Assembly: GCA_022600255.1 (NCBI GenBank) | Contig: JAHZKU010000228.1 | Location: 1-38,308 of the forward strand | DNA: 38,308 nucleotides | Direction: 5' to 3' | Source of the DNA: Actinomycetes bacterium | Lineage (GTDB): Bacteria; Actinomycetota; Actinomycetes; S36-B12; GCA-2699445 | Part shown: positions 9,014 through 17,560 of the stretch, in pieces | How the letters are laid out: each line of letters opens with the position of its first letter | Numbering within the stretch: the first letter of the stretch is position 1 | The notes under the pieces: model-generated | Databases searched by the model: none | The model's input: only the letters and a program-made list of their open reading frames with translations | Told to the model about the DNA's origin: nothing | Program-made: the position numbers and the translations under genes

Positions 9014-10171
9014 TCAGACGCGTGACACTCGGCCTAAGTGCACCAGTTGCAGCAACCCGATGCCCAGCCACGCCGCAATCATGGAAGTTCCGCCATACGA
9101 AACGAACGGCAGGGTCACGCCCGTGATGGGGGTGACCCCCAAAGCCATCCCGATGTTCTCGAACGACTGAAACGCAAACCAAGCCACCACACCCACAGCG
9201 AGGACCCGACCAAAGGGATCCCGAGCACGAAAGCCGATCCGAATTCCCCGCCAACAGACCAGGCCAAGCAATCCGAGCAACCCAATCACGCCAATCAGGC
9301 CCAACTCCTCGGCCAAGACCGTGAAGATGAAGTCGCTCTCGTGCACTGGGACAAAGTTTCCCTGCGTCTGTGAGCCGGCGAATAGTCCGGCTCCGAAGAG
9401 GCCGCCGGCCCCGATCGCGATCCGGGCCTGAATCGTGTTGTGTCCCGCCCCAAACGCGTCAGCTTCAGGGTCCACGAACGCTGTCAGCCGCGCCATCTGG
9501 TAGTCGGGCAGGGCGTCAAACATGAACGCAGCCGCTGCCACCAGAGTCAGGCCCCCCGCGACAGGTAGCAGGATCCGCCCCGGCGCCCCCGACACCAGCA
9601 GCATCGCAGCAACAATGCCGACCATCACCAGCGCACTACCCGTGTCCCGCTGGGCCAGCACAATCAACAGGAGCGGAGCCACCAGCAGCAGACACTTGCT
9701 GGTATCGCTGGCGGTCGCGTCCTCCCCACGCGAGCGGGCCCCAGTCAGGATTGTCGCTGTCACCACGATCAGCGCCACCTTGGCCAGCTCTGATGGCTGG
9801 ATGGTGAAGCCGCCGGGTAAGGCCAGCCAGGCGCGGGCACCGGCGACCTCCACGCCCAACGGAGTAAATACGGCCAACATCCCAATTACGGCGCCGCCGT
9901 ATAGCGGCACGGCCCACGCCCGCAGGGCGCGCGGCTCTACGCGGGTCACGGCAAAAGCCAACCCCAGCGCCATGATCAGGCTGAGTACCTGTCGCCGCCC
10001 GGATTGGCCACCATCGTCGACCAAGGTTGCTGACCAGACCAGCACCACGCCAAGCAACGACAGCGCTAGGGCCCCACCGATCAGGACCCAATCCAACCTA
10101 GCTAACGAAGCCGAGAAGCCCAGCCTGGGCCGACGCGCGGTACTAGGTCGTGGTGCGATCGTCTGCGTCAT
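9014..10171 (-). CDS. rodA: SEDS-family peptidoglycan glycosyltransferase RodA
   Basis: 385-aa polytopic membrane protein with FtsW/RodA motifs (IQPSELAKV, GHNTIQARIAIGAGGLFG, ESDFIF, TGVTLPFVSYGG). ATGA overlap with the pbp2 stop at 10168-10171. Confidence 0.9.
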   Translation of the reverse strand: MTQTIAPRPSTARRPRLGFSASLARLDWVLIGGALALSLLGVVLVWSATLVDDGGQSGRRQVLSLIMALGLAFAVTRVEPRALRAWAVPLYGGAVIGMLAVFTPLGVEVAGARAWLALPGGFTIQPSELAKVALIVVTATILTGARSRGEDATASDTSKCLLLVAPLLLIVLAQRDTGSALVMVGIVAAMLLVSGAPGRILLPVAGGLTLVAAAAFMFDALPDYQMARLTAFVDPEADAFGAGHNTIQARIAIGAGGLFGAGLFAGSQTQGNFVPVHESDFIFTVLAEELGLIGVIGLLGLLGLVCWRGIRIGFRARDPFGRVLAVGVVAWFAFQSFENIGMALGVTPITGVTLPFVSYGGTSMIAAWLGIGLLQLVHLGRVSRV

Positions 10172-12216
10172 GACGGGGCACCCACGCTAGGAACCTCACT
10201 CGCGCTAGGAACTCCACCCACGCTAGGAATTGTGTAGTTCGGCGCATCACTGGGCACCCCGGGATTACCGTTGAGTCCGAATATTCCGTCGTAGATCGAA
10301 CGCACGATGGGCGCCGCCGTCGAGCCGCCATCGCCCCCTTGCGGAACACTGGCGACAACAACGTATTGCGGATCGTTGGCCGGTGCTGCTGCGGCAAACC
10401 AGGCCGTGGCTTCTTTGCCATCCACCTGGGCCGTACCGGTCTTTCCCGCGACCGGGATCTTATCCAAGGGGAAGTCCGCGAAAGCGGCCTTGGCTGTGCC
10501 GGATTTGGTCACCCGGCTCAACGCCTTCCGCAAGAAACCAGTGACTTCCGGAGGCACAACCCGAGCTTGGCCAACCGTTGGGTCAATCGTGCTGACGTCG
10601 CCATCTGCGGAAAGGATCGCTCGGCCCACGGTTGGGGTCCGGAGTCGACCATCACCCAGCAGCGCCGCATACGCTGAGGCCATCGCGACAACGGACGTGG
10701 CCGTGCCGCCTTGGCCGATGGCAGCGTTGATCGCGTCACCTTGCTGCCAGCGATCCCCGCGAGTGCAGTTCTCCCGGTCCAACTTGCGAAAGTAGCGCGC
10801 CCGGGCCGGATCCTGCTGCGCCAACTCCGGGTATCCCGATTCGGCCGCAGCGCACCACATCTCTTGGCGCGCTTGCCAGGTGGCCTGCTTGGCGGCTGGG
10901 CTGGCGATGGAGCCACTCGCTTCGTCAGGCAGATCGATGCCGGTGGGGGCTGCGAGGCCGAGGTCGGTGCCTGCGAGCGCAATGGGGTCTAGTTCTGTTG
11001 CCGAACTGCGCTCTCCCCCACCTTGACTCCAGAACTTGTCAGCCACCCGATAGAAGACGGTGTTGCACGAGATCTCCAGTGCCTTTGCCAGTGACACTGA
11101 CCCAGCGCCGATGGAGTCGTGGTTGGTGAAAACACCCGAGCCGGCGCGATACCGAGCAGGGCACTGGTAGGACGCCGACAAGTCCATCCCTTCGCGCTGC
11201 ATCGCCAAGACCGCAATGGACTTCCAGATGGAACCGGGCGCAGCGAGGCTTTGCAGGGCGTGGTTCAGCAGGGCGCCCGTCGCCACCAAGGCGTCGTACT
11301 CATCGTTACTCACCCCGTCGACCCAGAGGTCAGGATCGTAATCGGGGTGTGAGGCCAATGCCAGAACACGCCCGGTCTTGGCGTCCAGCACGATGGCGGA
11401 CCCGGTCTGCGAACTCAGGCGGGTCGCCAGGCTGTCTTCCACCGCACGCTGAATCGGGACAGCCAAGGAGGTCACCAACGTGTCACCGGTTTGCGCTGGC
11501 TCCACGACGTCCCAACCGCTGGCGGCACCTGTGCTGCTGGCGTCGAGCCGTTGGCCCCCTGGTGTCCCGCGCAGCACCGAGTCGTATTGCTTCTCGAGCC
11601 CGGTACGTCCAACAAAGGTGTCGCGCGGCAGCGCCGGATTCTGAGCCAGCTCCTCAGCCGATACCTGACCTAGGTAACCGAGGACGTGACTGGCCCGCAC
11701 CGGCATCGCCGGGTATGTCCGCCGCACCACCGACACCAGCGATACCCCTGGGAATCGTTCGGGCTGTTCGGCCACCGATTGCAATGCTTTTGGCTGGGCC
11801 GTTGCTGGCAGGACAACCGGGTCGCCCGGGTTACCAAGATGACAGATGGGTGGCTTGGCCGCTCCCGGGGACCCGCAGGCAAGCAGGCGCTGCTCGAGTT
11901 TGTTTGTCGGCTCACCCATTAGATCGGCCACCCGCGCCAACGTTCGCTCACGGCGTGGGCCATCAGGTAGCTCCACTGGTGTGACTTGCAGCGTGACGCC
12001 GCCCTGATTCCCAGCCAATGGCACCCCAGTTTGGTCCAGAATCAAGCCACGGGCGGCCGGGATCGCCTGTAGTTGGGTGTCGTTCTGTGCCGCCGCGCTG
12101 GCGAGTTGGGCGCCGTCCCGGACGGACAACACCGCCGCTCGGCCCAGCAGCACCAGCAGCAACGCCGTCACGAGGATCGCGAAGAGCGTCAGCCGACGAT
12201 TCGACCGGTCGCTCAT
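10168..12216 (-). CDS. mrdA: Penicillin-binding protein 2 (class B transpeptidase)
   Basis: 682 aa. N-terminal TM anchor (RRLTLFAILVTALLLVLLG), SxxK (GSIWK), SxN (SCN) and KTG (GKTGTAQ) motifs. Located within mreBCD-pbp2-rodA. Confidence 0.93.
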   Translation of the reverse strand: MSDRSNRRLTLFAILVTALLLVLLGRAAVLSVRDGAQLASAAAQNDTQLQAIPAARGLILDQTGVPLAGNQGGVTLQVTPVELPDGPRRERTLARVADLMGEPTNKLEQRLLACGSPGAAKPPICHLGNPGDPVVLPATAQPKALQSVAEQPERFPGVSLVSVVRRTYPAMPVRASHVLGYLGQVSAEELAQNPALPRDTFVGRTGLEKQYDSVLRGTPGGQRLDASSTGAASGWDVVEPAQTGDTLVTSLAVPIQRAVEDSLATRLSSQTGSAIVLDAKTGRVLALASHPDYDPDLWVDGVSNDEYDALVATGALLNHALQSLAAPGSIWKSIAVLAMQREGMDLSASYQCPARYRAGSGVFTNHDSIGAGSVSLAKALEISCNTVFYRVADKFWSQGGGERSSATELDPIALAGTDLGLAAPTGIDLPDEASGSIASPAAKQATWQARQEMWCAAAESGYPELAQQDPARARYFRKLDRENCTRGDRWQQGDAINAAIGQGGTATSVVAMASAYAALLGDGRLRTPTVGRAILSADGDVSTIDPTVGQARVVPPEVTGFLRKALSRVTKSGTAKAAFADFPLDKIPVAGKTGTAQVDGKEATAWFAAAAPANDPQYVVVASVPQGGDGGSTAAPIVRSIYDGIFGLNGNPGVPSDAPNYTIPSVGGVPSASEVPSVGAPS
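10185..10238 (-). repeat. Three tandem 18-nt units (CGCTAGGAA at 10185, 10203, 10221) encoding IPSVGG/VPSASE/VPSVGA at the PBP2 C-terminal tail
   Basis: Read directly from sequence. The period is exactly 18 nt. Confidence 0.8.
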
Positions 12217-12763
12217 GGCCGCTCATCGTAAGTTCGCCGGAACGCTTCAGCCTGCTGCGTGGCCGACGCAGACCCAAGATGCTCATGAGCTTTTGGACAA
12301 GGTAAGGCAAAAGAAGCAACCCGACCAGGCTGGTGAGTGCTGCGGTCAGCGTCACCGTGCCGATGGCTGATGGCCACATCACGACGCGATCAGACAACAG
12401 CGCCGCAAGGCAGACATGCACAAATCCAGCTGCCCATGTGAGGGCGAATACGATCGCGCCGAGTTGCACAGGAGCCAGACCACGTGGGTCGCGCACGACG
12501 CCGGCTCCGTATCCCACCAGGGTGAGTGTTAGTGCCGTCGCACCAAGGGTGGTGAGATCAGGCGGGAGGATATCCAGCAGCATCCCGGCTACGAAGCCGA
12601 GGACAGCTCCGATGGTTGGTGAAGTCGCCAACCCGACCGCAATCACAACCAAAGCCACCAGGTCCGGGGCAAAGCCCACACGGTTGAGCAGAACGGACTG
12701 CAAGAGCAGGGCCACCAGAAGTAGCACTGACGTGACGAGGACGACCTGGGAGCGTTTGGTCAT
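11963..12763 (-). CDS. mreD: Rod shape-determining protein MreD, with the ORF running 254 nt into pbp2
   Basis: The first ~165 aa are all hydrophobic helices, typical of MreD. ATGA overlap with the mreC stop (12760-12763). The first in-frame stop is only at 11963, well inside pbp2 (start 12216), so the functional 3' end is uncertain. Confidence 0.8.
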   Translation of the reverse strand: MTKRSQVVLVTSVLLLVALLLQSVLLNRVGFAPDLVALVVIAVGLATSPTIGAVLGFVAGMLLDILPPDLTTLGATALTLTLVGYGAGVVRDPRGLAPVQLGAIVFALTWAAGFVHVCLAALLSDRVVMWPSAIGTVTLTAALTSLVGLLLLPYLVQKLMSILGLRRPRSRLKRSGELTMSGHERPVESSADALRDPRDGVAAGAAGPSGGVVRPGRRPTRQRGGTERHPTTGDPGRPWLDSGPNWGAIGWESGRRHAASHTSGAT

Positions 12764-13749
12764 GGGTTCCCCACCCCCGTCACGACGCCGACAACGTCCA
12801 ACGAGCCGACCTCGGCGATGGGTTCGGCGCCGTAGCTCTGGTTTGGGGTGGTGGTGTCCGTCGGGACGCTAGTGATCCGAGCAATAGGAAGGCCGGCTGG
12901 GTATGGCAAGCCGCCCTGCGAGCCCACAGTGACCAGTTCGCTGCCGCTGGGCAACTTCGCAAACTGGTCCACAAATCGCACCTGCAAACTCCGGCCGGTG
13001 CCCGTAACCGCTCCGGTCGTTCGAGATTCGGTCTGGGCGGCAAACACCTGGCTCAGCGGGTCGGTGATTAGGCGCACGACGCTGGACTGCGGACTCACCT
13101 GGACAATGCGGCCAACCAGCGCGCCTTGCGCCAGAACCGCCATGTCGGTGTCGAGGCCGGCTTGCGACCCTTGGTCGATGGTGACCGAGTTACCGACGGC
13201 GTTAGGTCTGTTGACAGCAACCACGCGGGCCGGCTTGATCCTCAGCCCCAGTTCGGTCCCGTTTTCTCGCTCCGTTTGGGCCGCCGCGGCGGCACCCAGC
13301 GCATCCAAGGCCTGGGACTGGGCAACGCGCAGTTCGGCGTTCTTGGCTTCCAGTTCGTCGATGCGTGCTTCCAAAGCAGCCGCGTCTGGGCGCTGCAGCG
13401 GGGTGGTCAGCACCGGACCAATCGTGGTGTCGGCCCAGTCTTGCGCGGGTCCACCAACTGCCAGACCGACGGCGCGCAGTTGTTCGGTGGGCCCGGACCG
13501 CAGGTCAAGCAACATAAATCCCAACGCGGTCAGGATGAGAAGGCCCACCACCACCGGAGGCCGCAGCTTGCCGGGTCGGCTGGGAAGGCGCGATCTGAGG
13601 GTTCGGCGGGATTTGGCAGACTCTTCACCTTTGGCTGGACTTGGGGAATCCGGCGTACGGCTCCAGGAGCCCAGGAGTTGCACATCTCCATCGGGTTCGA
13701 CATCGGTCGTATCGATGCGTGGTGAGGAGTCTGGACTCGCAAGAGATGT
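12760..13749 (-). CDS. mreC: Rod shape-determining protein MreC
   Basis: Disordered N-terminus, TM (VVVGLLILTALGFMLLDL), coiled coil (LEARIDELEAKNAELRVAQSQ), then beta-rich MreC domains. I prefer the ATG at 13749 (MTSLASP...), 5 nt after the mreB stop. The track ORF start at 13812 would overlap mreB. Confidence 0.88.
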   Translation of the reverse strand, partial: TSLASPDSSPRIDTTDVEPDGDVQLLGSWSRTPDSPSPAKGEESAKSRRTLRSRLPSRPGKLRPPVVVGLLILTALGFMLLDLRSGPTEQLRAVGLAVGGPAQDWADTTIGPVLTTPLQRPDAAALEARIDELEAKNAELRVAQSQALDALGAAAAAQTERENGTELGLRIKPARVVAVNRPNAVGNSVTIDQGSQAGLDTDMAVLAQGALVGRIVQVSPQSSVVRLITDPLSQVFAAQTESRTTGAVTGTGRSLQVRFVDQFAKLPSGSELVTVGSQGGLPYPAGLPIARITSVPTDTTTPNQSYGAEPIAEVGSLDVVGVVTGVGNP

Positions 13750-13754
13750 CATGG

Positions 13755-14795
13755 CTACCCCCGCGACTGACTCACGAGCAGCGGCTCCAAGGCTGGAAAA
13801 TCTTCCACACAACGGCCTGCGCCCATCACCACACAGCGCAACGGTTCCGGCGCAACCGTGACTTGGATTTGGGTCTCGTGGGAGAGTCTCTGCGCCAAGC
13901 CGCGCAGCAGGGAGCCCCCGCCCGTGAGCACAATCCCTCGATCCATGACATCGCCAGCGAGCTCAGGCGGGGTGCGATCCAAGGCCAGCCGAACCGTCTC
14001 AACGATGCGTTGCACCTGATCGTCTAGGGCGTTCCGGATCTCCGCTGCGGTAACAACAACAGTCCGGGGCAGTCCGCTGAGGAGGTCGCGGCCTCGGATT
14101 TCTGCCTCCGGCTCCTCCGAACTGGGGTAGGCCGAGCCGATGGCGATCTTGATGCGTTCGCTCGTGCGTTCCCCGAGAAGCAGCGAGTACTCGGATTTGA
14201 TGTAGGCCGCCAGTGCTTCGTCACACTGCAGGCCGCCCACCCGCACGGACAGGCTTGTGGCAATGCCGCCCAAAGCCAGCACCGCGATCTCGGTGGTGCC
14301 ACCGCCGATGTCGACCACCATGTTTCCGGCCGACTCGTGGACCGGCAAACCTGCTCCGATCGCCGCAGCCATGGGCTCTTCGATCAAGTAGACCTTACGA
14401 GCGCCAGCACTATAACCCGCGTCCTCGACGGCGCGTCGCTCTACCCCGGTAACCCCAGAGGGAACACAGATCACCACTCGGGGACGCGCCAGCGAGCGTC
14501 TAGGTGTCGCGGCTGCGATGAACTGCCGCAGCATGTCTTCGGTGGCTTCGAAGTCTGCAATCGCCCCTTCCGAGAGTGGGCGTACGGTCGCCACGTCCTG
14601 TGGCGTGCGACCGAGCATGTCCTTGGCTTGTGCCCCCACCGACAGCAGCGACCCGGACTTCAGATCTACCGAAACGATGCTGGGTTCATCCAGAACCACA
14701 CCGCGGCCCTTCGCATAGACCAGCGTGTTGGCGGTGCCAAGATCAATCCCTAGATCTCGACCAAGCAGGACCCCATCCCATGCCATAACAACCAC
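13755..14795 (-). CDS. mreB: Actin-like rod shape-determining protein MreB
   Basis: 346 aa. GIDLGTANTLVY, DEPSIV, VICVPSGVTGVERRAV, VVDIGGGTTEIAV, GIVLTGGGSLLRGL. GTG start at 14795; alternative ATG at 14786. Confidence 0.97.
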   Translation of the reverse strand: MVVMAWDGVLLGRDLGIDLGTANTLVYAKGRGVVLDEPSIVSVDLKSGSLLSVGAQAKDMLGRTPQDVATVRPLSEGAIADFEATEDMLRQFIAAATPRRSLARPRVVICVPSGVTGVERRAVEDAGYSAGARKVYLIEEPMAAAIGAGLPVHESAGNMVVDIGGGTTEIAVLALGGIATSLSVRVGGLQCDEALAAYIKSEYSLLLGERTSERIKIAIGSAYPSSEEPEAEIRGRDLLSGLPRTVVVTAAEIRNALDDQVQRIVETVRLALDRTPPELAGDVMDRGIVLTGGGSLLRGLAQRLSHETQIQVTVAPEPLRCVVMGAGRCVEDFPALEPLLVSQSRG

Positions 14796-15097
14796 CCAAA
14801 GTCACCGCGAACCCAACCCAAGTTTGGTTTGTGCACCGAGCCGCCGTACGACCACCGCCGACACCAATCGACGCGATCTAGACTCGCAATTCAGCCCATA
14901 ACCCCGACGCCCTGTGCCAGCTGCGAAGTATCCCCACCCCACAGCAGCCGAGGTCTCAATCGAAGATTCCCAAAACTAGCTGAGACAGGACCCGAACCCC
15001 AAACCCTAACTCTACGAATCGTACGTCGGCGCTTGGTAATCCGGAAGGACGTACAAGGGTGAATCTACGTGTTGCTGCGTGCGGTTAGCCCAGCGGC

Positions 15098-15511
15098 TCA
15101 GGTACCCAGCCCGGGAAAGAAGATACCGATCTCGCGTTCCGCCGAGGCAGGCGAGTCCGACCCGTGGGCAACGTTGAACTGCATCTGCGAGGCGAGGTCC
15201 CCACGGATTGTTCCTGGTGCGGCGACCTCAGGGTTTGTAGCACCCATCAGGTTGCGCCAAACTGCGATAGCGCCGGGGCCCACCGCGACGCCGGCTAGGA
15301 GCGGGCCGGAGGTGATGAACTCAACCAGTGAGTCGAAGAACGGCTTGCCCTTGTGCTCGGCGTAGTGCTCCTCGGCCGTTTCCGTCGTGATCGTGCGCAA
15401 TTCGAGGGCCTCGAAGCGGTAGCCTTTGCGCTCCAGTCGCCCGATCACGTCGCCGATGAGACCGCGCTCGACGCCGTCTGGCTTCACAAGGATGAGGGTC
15501 TTTTCTGTCAC
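15098..15511 (-). CDS. ndk: Nucleoside diphosphate kinase
   Basis: [35 protein letters not shown] prefer GTG at 15511 (GGAG SD 5 nt upstream) over the track start at 15532. Confidence 0.96.
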   Translation of the reverse strand: MTEKTLILVKPDGVERGLIGDVIGRLERKGYRFEALELRTITTETAEEHYAEHKGKPFFDSLVEFITSGPLLAGVAVGPGAIAVWRNLMGATNPEVAAPGTIRGDLASQMQFNVAHGSDSPASAEREIGIFFPGLGT

Positions 15512-15625
15512 GGATACTCCTGAGGTTCGCAAGATAACGACCTACCCCTGAAGCAGGCGCGGTCGACAGTAAGAATACCCGCTGCCGGAACGAGCAAGAA
15601 CCGCACGCCACCGACTGATGTCGGC

Positions 15626-15961
15626 TCAGCCGCGCAGGTCCACCATCTCAGCCTGACGAGCATCAGCCTGCGTACCTAGTCGCACCGCCAGCCACCACAG
15701 GCCGGTGAACATGGCTCCCAAGATCAGCATTGGGAAGACCACGAATGCTGAAAGCAGGGCCGCGAGCTGCACCAGCCAGCCGAACGTGATTCCGACCCGA
15801 CCCGGCAAGTTCATGATGCCGGCCAACACCAGCGCCGTAACGGCCAGCAGTCCGGTGAGTGCCGCCCCGGTTGTCACCCCGGCCACGTTGATGGCTACAG
15901 GAACAGCCAGCACAAAGATGATCCATTCAAATACCAGGACTGATGACCCCAGTGCCCTCAT
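15626..15961 (-). CDS. Small integral membrane protein (DUF4233-like) conserved between folC and ndk
   Basis: 111 aa with 3-4 hydrophobic helices. ATG with GGAAGGAG SD. As I recall, this position matches the actinobacterial folC-DUF4233-ndk arrangement. Confidence 0.7.
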   Translation of the reverse strand: MRALGSSVLVFEWIIFVLAVPVAINVAGVTTGAALTGLLAVTALVLAGIMNLPGRVGITFGWLVQLAALLSAFVVFPMLILGAMFTGLWWLAVRLGTQADARQAEMVDLRG

Positions 15962-15981
15962 ATGAACTCCTTCCAGCGCCG

Positions 15982-17397
15982 TCAGCTGAATCCTGGACCA
16001 GCATCTAGGTCAAGCCCGGCTTCGCGTTCCGGTTCAATGGTCGCAACCTTCGCGGTAGCGGTGACAGGCGGGGCAGCATACAAACTGCGCACCTCGGCCG
16101 CCGTGACCACTGATCCGGTGGCCAGCAGGCCCACCTTCCCCGGTGTCGCGCTGGAATCGGCTAACTCGGCGGCGACGGCCATGGCCTCGGTCAGGTTAGG
16201 CGCGGTGCGGATCTGCCGGGGCTCCCACAACCCCAGCGACGTCGCGATCGCGGCCAGCTCCGCCGCGGGCACGGCGCGGTCCGACGTGTTGGTCGTAAAC
16301 ACCACTTGGTCCAGGACGGGGCGCAGTCCTTTCATGATGCCTTCGATCTCTTTGTCGACCAGGATGGACACCACCCCCACCAACTCATCAAAACTGAAGG
16401 TCTCGGTGAGCGCTTGGGTCAACACGGCGGCCCCTGCGGGGTTATGGGCCGCATCCACCAGAACTGTGGGGTTATGGGACACAACTTCCAGGCGGCCCGG
16501 AGCTGTCATGGATCCCAGCACATCGATGACTTCGCGCGCCAACGGTTCCTCACCGGGCAGGAATGTCTCTGCAGCCGCGACCGCAACCAGCGCGTTCTCG
16601 GCTTGGTGACGGCCCCACACGGGCAGAAACACATCGGGATAGTTACCCCTGAGCCCGTGAATATCCAACTGCTGGCCGCCCACGGCCTGCGTCACGTTCT
16701 CAAGGGTGAAATCGACCCCTTCCATCTTGAAGGTCGCCCCTACCTCAACACAGCGGGCCAACAGCACGGCCGCGACCTCTTCTTCCTGGCCTGCGAAGAT
16801 CGCCCGAGCGCCGTCCTTGATGATGCCGGCCTTCTCACCGGCGATCCGTGCTGGGGAGTCTCCCAACCAGTTGGCGTGATCTACTGCGATTGGGGTGATC
16901 ACCGCAACGTCTCCGTCGGCCACATTGGTGGCGTCCCAGGTACCGCCAAGGCCAACCTCAATGACGGCCACATCCACCGGCGCATCCGCAAACGCGGCCA
17001 GTCCGATACACGTGAGCACCTCAAAGAAGGTGAGACGCGGCGACTCGTCAATCTCCATCTCTTGATCGACCATCGCCAGGTAAGGGGCGACATCTTCATA
17101 GGCCGCGATGAAGTCGGCGTCGCTAATCGGCTCGCCGTCGATGCTGATCCGCTCGGAGAAGGAATGGAGGTGCGGGCTGGTGAACAGCCCCACCCTGAGC
17201 CCAGCCGCTCGCACCAGCGCATCGATCATCCGAGCGGTCGATGTCTTGCCGTTGGTGCCCGTGATGTGGATCACCCGAAAGCTCTCTTGGGGTTCACCCA
17301 ACAGCCGCATCACTCGGCGGACCCGATCCAATGTCGGTACCATCTCGGATTCGGGCTGGCGCTTGTGCAGTTCAGCAACAATTTCGGTGAGGTTCAC
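15982..17397 (-). CDS. folC: Bifunctional folylpolyglutamate synthase / dihydrofolate synthase
   Basis: 471 aa. Mur-ligase P-loop HITGTNGKTST and the FolC-type central and C-terminal domains. Confidence 0.93.
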   Translation of the reverse strand: MNLTEIVAELHKRQPESEMVPTLDRVRRVMRLLGEPQESFRVIHITGTNGKTSTARMIDALVRAAGLRVGLFTSPHLHSFSERISIDGEPISDADFIAAYEDVAPYLAMVDQEMEIDESPRLTFFEVLTCIGLAAFADAPVDVAVIEVGLGGTWDATNVADGDVAVITPIAVDHANWLGDSPARIAGEKAGIIKDGARAIFAGQEEEVAAVLLARCVEVGATFKMEGVDFTLENVTQAVGGQQLDIHGLRGNYPDVFLPVWGRHQAENALVAVAAAETFLPGEEPLAREVIDVLGSMTAPGRLEVVSHNPTVLVDAAHNPAGAAVLTQALTETFSFDELVGVVSILVDKEIEGIMKGLRPVLDQVVFTTNTSDRAVPAAELAAIATSLGLWEPRQIRTAPNLTEAMAVAAELADSSATPGKVGLLATGSVVTAAEVRSLYAAPPVTATAKVATIEPEREAGLDLDAGPGFS

Positions 17398-17520
17398 AGG
17401 TGTAAGCCTAGGAGATCAGCGGGGCAAGGGCACCCACCCAGCGAACCCAGCTTCAGGTTCGACTTCGGCCAAACCGCTAGGCGCGGTCCACATCGCGCGT
17501 AACGGGCCAAGATACCGCCG

Positions 17521-17551
17521 TGACAGTAGGACTCCTGGATGAACCTAGACT
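17521..17551 (+). promoter_or_regulatory. Candidate valS promoter (-35-like TGACAG 17521-17526, -10 TAGACT 17546-17551), implying a leaderless or near-leaderless mRNA
   Basis: TAGACT fits the actinobacterial TANNNT -10 and ends 9 nt before the valS ATG (17561). No purine-rich SD lies between them (GGTTCAATC). Confidence 0.3.
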
Positions 17552-17560
17552 GGTTCAATC

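Noticed and set aside
12848-13861. 337-aa plus-strand ORF opposite mreC
   Set aside because: Shadow frame with a low-complexity Ser/Arg/Pro product. The minus-strand product has MreC features and operon context.
14829-15062. 77-aa plus-strand ORF in the ndk-mreB intergenic region
   Set aside because: Third codon positions are not GC-biased (many cga/caa/gta/cta/aga codons), unlike real genes here. It is more likely the AT-richer mreB promoter/5' UTR.
16306-17502. 398-aa plus-strand ORF opposite folC
   Set aside because: Shadow frame. folC on the minus strand has the Mur-ligase P-loop.
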